From Macrostomum lignano (Eukaryota), in contig NIVC01000022.1 of the NCBI GenBank assembly GCA_002269645.1, forward strand, positions 372,001-436,000: a stretch of DNA of 64,000 nt, read 5' to 3'. The position numbers and the translations under genes were made by a program. Positions 23,375 through 34,100 of the stretch are shown one piece after another. The notes under the pieces were generated by a model. That model saw only the letters and a program-made list of their open reading frames with translations, was not told the DNA's origin and ran no database searches. Position 1 is the stretch's first letter. Each line of letters starts with the position of its first letter.

Positions 23375-26200
23375 GTAGCTTGAGGGGCGATTCTCAAGTG
23401 AGAGTAGCTGAGGGGCGATTCTCAAGTGAGAGTAGCTGAGGGGCGATTCTCAAGTGAGAGTAGCTGAGGGAAGATTATCAAGTGAGAGTAGCTGAGGGAA
23501 GATTCTCAAATTCTCAAGTGAGAGCAGCTGAGGGGCGATTTTCAAGTGAGAGCAGCTGAGGGAAGATTCTCGAATTCTCAAGTGAGAGCAGCTGAGGGGC
23601 GATTTTCAAGTGAGAGTAGCTGAGGGAAGATTCTCAAATTCTCAAGTAAGAGTAGCTGAGGGAAGATTCTCAAATTCTCAAGTGAGAGCAGCTGAGGGAA
23701 GATTCTCAAATTCTCAAGTGAGAGCAGCTGAGGGGCGATTCTCAAGTGAGAGTAGCTGAGGGAAGATTCTCGAATTCTCAAGTGAGAGCAGCTGAGGGGC
23801 GATTTTCAAGTGAGAGTAGCTGAGGGAAGATTCTCAAATTCTCAAGTGAGAGCAGCTGAGGGAAGATTCTCAAATTCTCAAGTGAGAGCAGCTGAGGGGC
23901 GATTCTCAAGTGAGAGCAGCTGAGGGGCGATTCTCAAGTGAGAGTAGCTGAGGGGCGATTCTCAAGTGAGAGCAGCTGAGGGAAGATTCTCAAGTGAGAG
24001 TAGATGAGGGAAGATTCTCGAATTCTCAAGTGAGAGTAGCTGAGGGGCGATTCTCAAGTGAGAGTAGCTGAGGGGCGATTCTCAAGTGAGAGTAGCTGAG
24101 GGGCGATTCTCAAGTGAGAGTAGCTGAGGGGCGATTCTCAAGTGAGAGTAGCTGAGGGGCGATTCTCAAGTGAGAGTAGATGAGGGAAGATTCTCGAATT
24201 CTCAAGTGAGAGCAGCTGAGGGAAGATTCTCAAGTGAGAGTAGCTGAGGGAAGATTCTCGAATTCTCAAGTGAGAGCAGCTGAGGGGCGATTTTCAAGTG
24301 AGAGTAGCTGAGGGAAGATTCTCAAATTCTCAAGTGAGAGCAGCTGAGGGAAGATTCTCAAATTCTCAAGTGAGAGCAGCTGAGGGGCGATTCTCAAGTG
24401 AGAGCAGCTGAGGGGCGATTCTCAAGTGAGAGTAGCTGAGGGGCGATTCTCAAGTGAGAGCAGCTGAGGGAAGATTCTCAAGTGAGAGTAGATGAGGGAA
24501 GATTCTCGAATTCTCAAGTGAGAGTAGCTGAGGGGCGATTCTTAAGTGAGAGTAGCTGAGGGGCGATTCTCAAGTGAGAGTAGCTGAGGGGCGATTCTCA
24601 AGTGAGAGTAGCTGAGGGGCGATTCTCAAGTGAGAGTAGATGAGGGAAGATTCTCGAATTCTCAAGTGAGAGCAGCTGAGGGGCGATTCTCAAGTGAGAG
24701 CAGCTGAGGGGCGATTCTCAAGTGAGAGCAGCTGAGGGAAGATTCTCGAATTCTCAAGTGAGAGCAGCTGAGGGAAGATTCTCGAATTCTCAAGTGAGAG
24801 TAGCTGAGGGGCGATTCTCAAGTGAGAGTAGCTGAGGGGCGATTCTCAAGTGAGAGCAGCTGAGGGAAGATTCTTGAATTCTCAAGTGAGAGTAGCTGAG
24901 GGGCGATTTTCAAGTGAGAGCAGCTGAGGGAAGATTCTCAAGTGAGAGCAGCTGAGGGAAGATTCTCGAATTCTCAAGTGAGAGTAGCTGAGGGGCGATT
25001 CTCAAGTGAGAGCAGCTGAGGGAAGATTCTCGAATTCTCAAGTGAGAGTAGCTGAGGGGCGATTCTCAAATGAGAGCAGCTGAGGGAAGATTCTCAAATT
25101 CTCAAGTGAGAGCAGCTGAGGGAAGATTCTCAAGTGAGAGCAGCTGAGGGAAGATTCTCGAATTCTCAAGTGAGAGTAGCTGAGGGGCGATTCTCAAGTG
25201 AGAGCAGCTGAGGGAAGATTCTCGAATTTTCAAGTGAGAGTAGCTGAGGGGCGATTTTCAAGTGAGAGCAGCTGAGGGAAGATTCTCAAATTCTCAAGTG
25301 AGAGTAGCTGAGGGAAGATTCTTAAGTGAGAGTAGCTGAGGGAAGATTCTCGAATTCTCAAGTGAGAGTAGCTGAGGGAAGATTCTCAAGTGAGAGTAGC
25401 TGAGGGAAGATTCTCGAATTCTCAAGTGAGAGTAGCTGAGGGGCGATTCTCAAGTGAGAGTAGCTGAGGGGCGATTTTCAAGTGAGAGCAGCTGAGGGAA
25501 GATTCTCAAATTCTCAAGTGAGAGTAGCTGAGGGAAGATTCTTAAGTGAGAGTAGCTGAGGGAAGATTCTCGAATTCTCAAGTGAGAGTAGCTGAGGGAA
25601 GATTCTCAAGTGAGAGTAGCTGAGGGAAGATTCTCGAATTCTCAAGTGAGAGTAGCTGAGGGGCGATTCTCAGGTGAGAGTAGCTTGAGGGGCGATTCTC
25701 AAGTGAGAGTAGCTTGAGGGGCGATTCTCAAGTGAGAGTAGCTGAGGGGTGATTCTCAAGTGAGAGTAGCTGAGTGGCGCTTCTCAGGTGAGAGTAGCTT
25801 GAGGGGCGATTCTCAAGTGAGAGTAGCTGAGGGGCGATTCTCAAGTGAGAGTAGCTTGAGGGGCGATTCTCAAGTGAGAGTAGCTTGAGGGGCGATTCTC
25901 AAGTGAGAGTAGCTTGAGGGGCGATTCTCAAGTGAGAGTAGCTGAGGGGCGATTCTCAAGTGAGAGTAGCTGAGTGGCGATTCTCAGGTGAGAGTAGCTT
26001 GAGGGGCGATTCTCAAGTGAGAGTAGCTGAGGGGCGATTCTCAAGTGAGAGTAGCTGAGGGGCGATTCTATAGTGAGAGTAGCTGAGGGGCGATTCTCAA
26101 GTGAGAGTAGCTTGAGGGGCGATTCTCAAGTGAGAGTAGCTGAGGGGCGATTCTCAAGTGAGAGTAGCCGAGGGGCGATTCTCAAGTGAGAGTAGCCGAG
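23375..26200. repeat. 28/36-37-bp minisatellite (GAGGGGCGATTCTCAAGTGAGAGTAGCT and GAGGGAAGATTCTCGAATTCTCAAGTGAGAGCAGCT) containing HSE motifs
   Basis: About 2.8 kb of tandem units. The long variant contains gGAAgaTTCtcGAAt. Confidence 0.95.
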
Positions 26201-26674
26201 GTTCTCAAGCCAAAATGTCAAAGTCTGTTAGCAGGGCGTTAGCAGCGAGTTACGGCAATCAATCTGTCGGTGACAAAAAAGTTTCGATGCCACTGGCAAA
26301 TCGATGGCCCTCGCGGCTCCGCTTGTTGCACTTTAAAGTCAGTCAGATGTCCGCAAAATGTCCCCCGCTCCGTCCAGCCTCACTTTCTCGACATCATCGC
26401 AGCCTGAGCAATAACTTAGTATACGGGCCTGGGCCCGCTCCGCTCACTCAATAATCCCCTCCCATCTTCTCCGAAATCCCCTTAACTTGCTTCAATCGAG
26501 GGAGAGGAGAGAGCGGCGAGAGGCGGAGATTGATGAAAAGTGCAAACGCAACTTGAGATGTTGGATTTTCTGAGAGTCAAAATAACGAAGTCAAAAAGAG
26601 ATGTAGGGAGAGAGAGGAGAAAGGGGAGAGAGGGGAAAATCGGTCCCAACTCCCGGTAGCATCAGCTGTCAACT

Positions 26675-27376
26675 TCAAGCCTCATCATCCTTCAGCCGGG
26701 CCTGCTCGTTGGCCAATGGCGCGACGGCGGCAGTCGGCGGCACCACAGCGGCGGCATACTTGGTTGCCAGGCCGCCCAGCGACTCTGCCGACCCGATGGC
26801 CGACCGAAGTTCGTTGAAGAAGGCGGCCAACCGAGCGGAGTTGTGCTCCATCAGCAGGATGCTGGCCAGAATCTCGTTGCTCAGGCTGAGGTGCGCCAGG
26901 TAGCTGAGACTGAACTGGCGGCAGCAGCGGCAGCAGCAGCCGGGGTCCAGCGGCCGGTCTGTGGCCGTCAGCAGCTCAACGTCGCCGACATGAAGCCACC
27001 AGCTGCCGCCTGTCACCGAGGTGAGCCAGGCCAAGCCTCGACGGGTCAGCAAAGCCGGCAGGCTGCCGTCAAAGAGGTCGAAACCGAGCTCCGCTGCCCG
27101 GATGATGTCTGCGGGGTGCACCAGGCCAGGGAAGTAGAGCGGACGCGGCGGCTGGGAGCGCTGCTGCTGCTGCAGGGCCTCGGTCAGCACAGACTCGCAT
27201 TGTGCAAGGCGAAAGTCTTCCACTGGCTGGTTGTAGTAGCTGTGGGAGAAGTTAGTTAATTAGTTAGTTAGTTAGTTAGCTAGTTAGTTAGTTAGTTAGT
27301 TGGTTAGTTAGTTAGTTAGTTAGCTAGCTAGTTAGTTAGTTAGTTAGTTGGTTAGTTAGTTAGTTAGTTAGTTAGC

Positions 27377-27440
<64 letters not shown>

Positions 27441-27513
27441 CAGTTAGTTAGTTAGTTAGCTAGTTAGTTAGTTAGATAGTTAGTTAGTTAGTCAGTTAGT
27501 CAGTCAGTTAGTC

Positions 27514-27552
<39 letters not shown>

Positions 27553-27625
27553 CAGTTAGTTAGTTAGTTAGATAGTTAGTTAGTTAGATAGTTAGTTAGT
27601 TAGTCAGTTAGTCAGTCAGTTAGTC

Positions 27626-27684
<59 letters not shown>

Positions 27685-27705
27685 CAGTTAGTCAGTCAGT
27701 TAGTC

Positions 27706-27776
<71 letters not shown>

Positions 27777-28465
27777 CAGTTAGTCAGTCAGTTAGCCAGA
27801 CCACCGCTGACTCACCGGAAGCCCTCCACAACGAGTCCGTCGGCGCCGCGCGACTCGAGCTCGCGCAGGCAGCGCAGCCGCTCCTCGGCGCTGTAGCCGC
27901 CGACCCAGCTGGCCATCAGGGCGGGGCCCCCGCCGCCCAGACCCCCCTGCTGCTCCAGCGCCGTCACAAACCGATCGTAGAACGCCAGGCTGCGGTCGAC
28001 AGACTTCCGGGCGCGTTTCCGGCCGTCGCCGTCGCGAATTTCGCAGTCGGCCAGCGGCTGCACCAGCTCCGGGCTCGTCAGCAGAGTGAGCTCCGCCTGC
28101 AGTTCCACAGTCAGCGGCGCCTTGCCGGAGCGAGTCGGAAGGCCGACGTGCTGCGCGGTGACACCGGGAGTGGGGTAGTAGTCCAGGTGGTCGGTCAGGG
28201 ACAGCAGCAGCTGCCTGTCCGGGCGCAGGCGGCACAACTGGCGCAGGTTGCCGGCCTGGCGCAGCAGGGCGAGCTTGTCCAGCCAGTGGTTCAGCGGAGT
28301 CAGCAGGATGCCAGCTGGCGACTGCGGCAGGTGCGGGTCCGAGCCGCAGCGGTTGTAGATCAGATAGCCGGGCGTTGCCATGGCGACCGGGTGGTCGGGG
28401 CCGCCGGACAGAGCTAGGTGTCCGAGACGTGCCCGGCCGGAGCTGGCCGAGACAGTAAACCGCAT
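26675..28465 (-). CDS. QTRT2: Queuine tRNA-ribosyltransferase accessory subunit 2 (404 aa, 2 exons)
   Basis: Exons 28465-27816 and 27239-26675 with a phase-2 GT-AG intron, 1215 nt. TPGYLIYNRCGSDPHL, RKSVDRSL, GGYSAEERLR, PRPLYFPG...DLFDGSLP and the Zn-site GCCCRCCRQFSLSYLAHL...EILASILLMEHN match QTRT2/QTRTD1 rather than catalytic QTRT1. Confidence 0.92.
27250..27795. repeat. (GTTA)n/(GTCA)n tetranucleotide microsatellite filling the QTRT2 intron
   Basis: About 545 of the 576 intron nucleotides. Confidence 0.97.
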
Positions 28466-28612
28466 TATTTTAGCGCCGATTTAAATCTGGTCTGGAAAAT
28501 GTGCAGGTAGAAATGGAGTTAACATCTGGTTTAGTTTAGTTTTGCAATGTTATTGCTTAGGCATAACTCGATTGGCGAGATCAAGCCACAGGAACGGGCC
28601 AGGAGCAGAGAG

Positions 28613-28614
<2 letters not shown>

Positions 28615-28696
<82 letters not shown>

Positions 28697-28844
28697 GGCA
28701 GACAGGCAGACAGGCAGGCAGGCAGGCAGGCAGACAGACAGACACTAAGACAGAAAGACAGGCAGGCAGACAGACAGACAGAAAGGCAGGCAGGCAGGCA
28801 GGCAGGCAGGCAGACACTAAGACAGACAGACACTAAGACAGAAA

Positions 28845-28905
<61 letters not shown>

Positions 28906-28940
28906 ACACTAAGACAGACAGACACTAAGACAGACAGACA
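28615..28940. repeat. (GACA)n/(GGCA)n microsatellite upstream of QTRT2
   Basis: Directly visible. Confidence 0.96.
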
Positions 28941-29644
28941 GTTTCTTCACTGTTGCCCCCAAGTTCATGTACAACGTACAAGGGTTGGCCCTCAAGGGCG
29001 TTAATCACATGAGCAGACAGCCAATTTAGCCAAATTAGCTCGTACGCGTAATGTGACTGCACGTGGAATCGAGCCTGGGCCGCTGGCACATGGGAGCCCC
29101 GGGCTAGACCACTGGGGTACGGCCCCTGTGGACTAGCCTGTACCATAAGTCTATAATAACTCAAATGCTAAACACTTGTAATTAAAGAACTCAAACAACG
29201 CAGCAGTATCAAAATTGATTTGACATGAAACAAAATGTTTAAAATGAACATTGATACATCATATTAGCATGAGATATTTATTACTCAGGACAACAATGCG
29301 AAGCAGTATTGAATAAGTAAGCAGTTATAATCCACGTACATGAGCAGGTGGGCGGCGCAGTATAACGCAACGCAGTTCAATAAAACGAAGTTATTCAGAT
29401 CCGCTGATTAAAAAATTCGACACCAAAAAAATTGTTTTAAAATGTTTTGGCGCCGTTCGTTATGAGCTCTATTTATGAACCAATGCTGACAAGAAGTCGA
29501 GTTAAAAGTACACGCGAAACTAAGTAGCTGCAGGCAAAAATTGGAACAAGCAATTATCTGTGCAAAGTTGCTCGGTAGAATTTCTGCCAAAGTCGCTTGA
29601 GAAATTTTGAGGGTAGCGCAGATGAGACAGTGAGCGGAGTTGGA

Positions 29645-29995
29645 TGCATTCATATCTAACAGGGGCCCATATCTAACAGGTGCCCATATCTGACAAGTGT
29701 CCATATCTAACAGGGGCCCATATCTAACATGTGCTCATATCTAACAGATTCCCATATCTGACAAGTGTTCATATCTAACAGGGGCCATATCTAACATGTG
29801 CTCATATTTAACAGGTGCCCATATCTAATAGGGGCCCATATCTAACAGGTGTTCATATCTAACAAGAGCCGTATCTAACAGGTGTTCATATCTAACAGGT
29901 GTTCAATCTAACAGGGGCCATATTTAAAATGTGTACGTGTACATATCTAACAGTTGTACATATCTAACAGGTGTTCATAACTACTAACAGGTGTT
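29645..29995. repeat. 17-18-bp degenerate tandem repeat (CATATCTAACAGGGGCC / CATATCTAACAGGTGTT)
   Basis: Recurrent CATATCTAACA core. Confidence 0.88.
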
Positions 29996-30604
29996 CACGG
30001 CGATGATATGCACTTCAACCCCGCACTCCATCCACCATAAAAGTCAGCAGTGGGCTAATCTCACGCTCGCAGCTCGGAGGCTGAGGGGATGAAGGATGCC
30101 AGGCGGAAGTGGCCCACATTTTGAGACCAGTCTGTGCAGATATACGCAGGCAAACGCGGAGCCAAGGGCATCACATCCGGGAACGTGATAAGGAATTCAC
30201 GTCAAACAAACAAAAAAGCGATGCGGGATATTAAATTCGATTTTGCGTTGACAACAGCCAGCAATCAAGGTACTACTTGGGAATCTGTAAATGCACACGG
30301 GGTTCAAGGTGACAAAGCTCTTGAGATGAAGATTTCTGCTTGTTTGAAAAAGCAATTCGAACAGCAATAAAAAGCACTGGGATGAGACTGGGAGTGAAGC
30401 ATTGAGATTAACAAACTGGTGCGGTCACTGAACACTCGTTGCTGCGCATGGTTACTGGGACTAGGGGCTGGAAGCACTGGCGGAGATTGGATCTTCTAGG
30501 AACTTCTAGAATCTAATCTTTTCGAATAGCAATTAAAATCTCAACCTCCTTTCCTCCAAATCTCCATGAAATAGAATCAGATTTAATATACGCTCGTAAA
30601 ACTC

Positions 30605-31095
30605 ATGTAACTATAATCCAATCTCACTCAACTATAATCCAATCTCACTCAACTAGAATCCAATCTCACTCAATTAGAATCCAATCTCACTCAACTAGAA
30701 TCCAATCTCACTCAACTAGAATCCAATCTCACTCAACTAGAATCCAATCTCACTCAATTAGAATCCAATCTCACCCAATTAGAATCCAATCTCACCCAAT
30801 TAGAATCCAATCTCACCCAATTAGAATCCAATCTTACTAAATTAGAATCCAATCTCACCCAATTGGAATCCAATCTCACCCAATTAGAATCCAATCTCAC
30901 CCAATTAGAATCCAATCTCACCCAATTAGAATCCAATCTCACCCAATTAGAATCCAATCTTACTAAATTATAATCCAATCTCACCCAATTGGAATCCAAT
31001 CTCACCCAATTAGAATCCAATCTCACCCAATTAGAATCCAATCTCACCCAATTAGAATCCAATCTCACCTAATTAGAATCCAGTCTCACTAATCC
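30605..31095. repeat. 21-bp minisatellite (TTAGAATCCAATCTCACCCAA) immediately 3' of EGFR
   Basis: Visible tandem copies. They explain the spurious VRLDSNW ORF. Confidence 0.95.
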
Positions 31096-31181
31096 AATCC
31101 TGACTCTGACTAACCACGCAGAAATGCGATATTTAGTCTCACTTTTTACACGCCCGCGGCTCACAAGCCAACACAGTTTTA

Positions 31182-34100
31182 TCAAACAGGCGGAGGTGGA
31201 GGCGGCGCAGGCGGCGACCGAGCGCTTCTGGTGCTGCTGGATCGGCGGGACAGCGGGGGCGGCGGCGGCGGCGGTGCCCTGGGCCCGTTAGCGCTGGGCC
31301 TGCCGTTGCCCGGGGAAATGGAGTAGGCCGGTCCCCCTGGCGGACTTCGCGTCGAGTTGAAGAAATACTCCGGATTCTGAAAGGTCGGCGTCTCCACCGT
31401 GGCGGCCAACGGTGGAGGCGGCAACGGCGGCGGCGACGGCGGCGGCGACGACGGCAGCGCCGGCAGCGGCCCGCGCGAGGCCGAGGAGCCGCCACGTTGC
31501 AGGCTGATGGGCTGCAGGTAGCCTTCTGGCGAGTCGGCGCCCTGATGGCACGGATCCGAGGTGTACGAGTTGTCGTTGAACACAAATTTCTGGGGCTGCC
31601 TGCCGCTGCTGCTGGCCTTGCGGCTGTGCGGCGGGGGCGGCGGGGGCAGCGGCGACTGTCTGGCTGGCAGAGTCGTCGCCGTAGCTGACGCCGACGTCGA
31701 TGGACCGTCGACGAAGGCAGTCTCGGCCTCGGCAAACACGTGGTCGCTGCTGCTGCCGCCGCCGCCGAGGCTGGCGTCGAGATAGTCGATGCTGGGACTG
31801 GTTGCCGCGGCGCCGCCGCCCGCCGCCGCCATCTCGGTGCCCTGCTCGTGATGGTCGAGGGTTGTGTAGCTGAGCTCCGGCTGCCGGAAGGCGGCGGCAG
31901 CGGCGGCCGCGGCCGAGGACGGCGACCGGACCGGCTGGTGCCGGGGCGGCGATTCGTTGCCCTCCTCGCACCCGCTGGACTGCCGCTCTGCCGACGAGCC
32001 GGCCTCCGAGTTGCTGCTCCTAGAAGCGTTGCGGGCAAACCGGTCGCCCTGGATGTACACGTAGCGAGCGGGGTCGGTGGCCATCTTCTTGAACTCGATC
32101 TCCACAGAGTCGAAGCTCGGCCTGTGCTGGTCGTTGAGCATCCAGCACTTGATCATGACCATGTAGACATCGAGCGTGCAGATCGGCGGCTGCGGCAGGC
32201 GCTCGCCTTTCTCAAGGTAGTCGGCGATGTCCTTCGGCTTCACGTTGGCGTAGGGCGGCTCGCCGAAGGTGAAAATCTCCCACAGGGTGACGCCGTAGGA
32301 CCAGACGTCGGACTTGTGCGAGAACCGGCGGGACACCAGTGACTCCAGGGCGAGCCACTTCACCGGCAGTTTGCCCCCAGAGGCCGTGTAGGCCTCGTTG
32401 GGCTCGTCAAGCAGTTTGGCGAGGCCGAAGTCGGTGATCTTGACGTTCTTAGCGGAGGCGACCAGCACGTTGCGGCAGGCCAAGTCCCGGTGGATGATCT
32501 GGCAGCGCTCCAGGTAGGCCATGCCGCTGGCGATCTGGGCCGCGTAGCGCAGCAGGTGGCTGCTGCCAATCTGTGAGGTGTCTTTGCGAGCCCTCAGGTA
32601 GTCCCTGAGATTGCCCATCGGCATGAACTGCGTGATGAGCTGCAGCGGCTGCGTCATGCAGATGCCCACCAGGCGGACGCAGTGCGGATGGTCCACCGAG
32701 GCCATGATCTTGCTCTCCTCCAGCAGCTCGCTAGACATGCCGGTGTCCCCGGAGTCCGTCAGGATCTTGATCGCCACCGAGATTTTCCTGTGCTCCGCCT
32801 CGGAGATCCACTCGCCTTTGTAGACGGTGCCGAATGCGCCCGAGCCGACCTCGCGGCCGCGGACGAGCTCCTTCTCCGAGATGGTGATGAGGCTGCCGCG
32901 ATTGGGCAGCGTGGAACCGTCCGGCGGCTTCAGCGGCTCCAGGTCGTCGTCCGCCGACTGGTCGAACGCCGTCCGCTTGCCGCGCTTCGCCCCGTCCCGC
33001 TGCTGCATCCAGTAGCAGACGAAAGCGGCGATCACGGCGATGATCAGCACCACCAGGGCGAGAACAACCGCCACGGCGACTGTTGAAGAAGCTTGAAACA
33101 GGCTGGAGTCCTCGTGCTCGATGTCGCGCACCTCAAGCGGACTGCTGGAGCAGGTCCAGGCCCTCAGTGGGTCATAGAACACCTGGTACGAATGCGTCTC
33201 CGGGCAGCGTTCGACGCAGGTGAAGGCGGAGCTCTCCGGCCTGGAGTAGTTCAGCAGCTGCACGTAGGCGGCTCGCCCGCACTTGTGGCAGTCCTGGCTC
33301 TGGCTGCTCGGCCCCGTACAATTGCTGCACAACTGATGGCACGGCAGGCAGGTGCGATTCGAGTGCACCGGGTAGTAGCCGATCGGACACGTGCCTTTTT
33401 CGTCCCGGCCGGAGCAGCGGACACCCACGCGGGCTGGTGGCTCCTCGCTGGCCGAAGGAGCAATCGTGTAGTAGCGACACTCTGAGCAGTCCGACGCGCT
33501 CTCCGAGCAGCGGAGGCATCTCGGGTCGCACTTCCGGCAGATGGACACGGACAGCGAAGCGCGCTTCTGCAGACTGAGAAAGTCGTCTAACAGGCCGTCG
33601 CTCTGCTCCCGGTTGGGGTCCAGAGCGGACAGGTAGTGCCCGATGGGGCAGGAGTCGGCCAGGCGGTGGCACTGCAACACCAGGCTGGAGTCGGTTGGCG
33701 ACAGCTTGATCGGCATGATGAGGGTGCAGAACTGGCAGCCGCCCTGGCCAACTATGGTGGCATTGCCAGTGCAGGTTGGCAGGCCGAGGCCCACCTTGGC
33801 GCACACCTGGGGACACTTGCGACAGACTCTGTTGGAGTCCGGGTACTGATAGTCACGGTTGCAGCTGGGGAGGCACTGGCTGCCATCAAGGTAGAGACCC
33901 GGAACGCAGCGGCTGCAGTCCGTGCTGGTCGGGCCTGTGCAGCCTGCGCAGCTGCGGTGGCAGGGGCTGCAGACCCGCTCGCTGACGTTGCCGACGCCCA
34001 GCTGAACGCTCCGGCCAGAGTCGAACCAACCGGGCGCTGTCGGCGGCGAGGCGGCAACGACGTCGCAGGCGGACGCGCAGACGTTGCCCGCCCGGACGCC

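Noticed and set aside
30605-31095. CCAAT-box array as a regulatory element
   Set aside because: It lies 3' of EGFR and ~2 kb from the nearest start codon. A 5-mer in a repeat unit is too weak without data.
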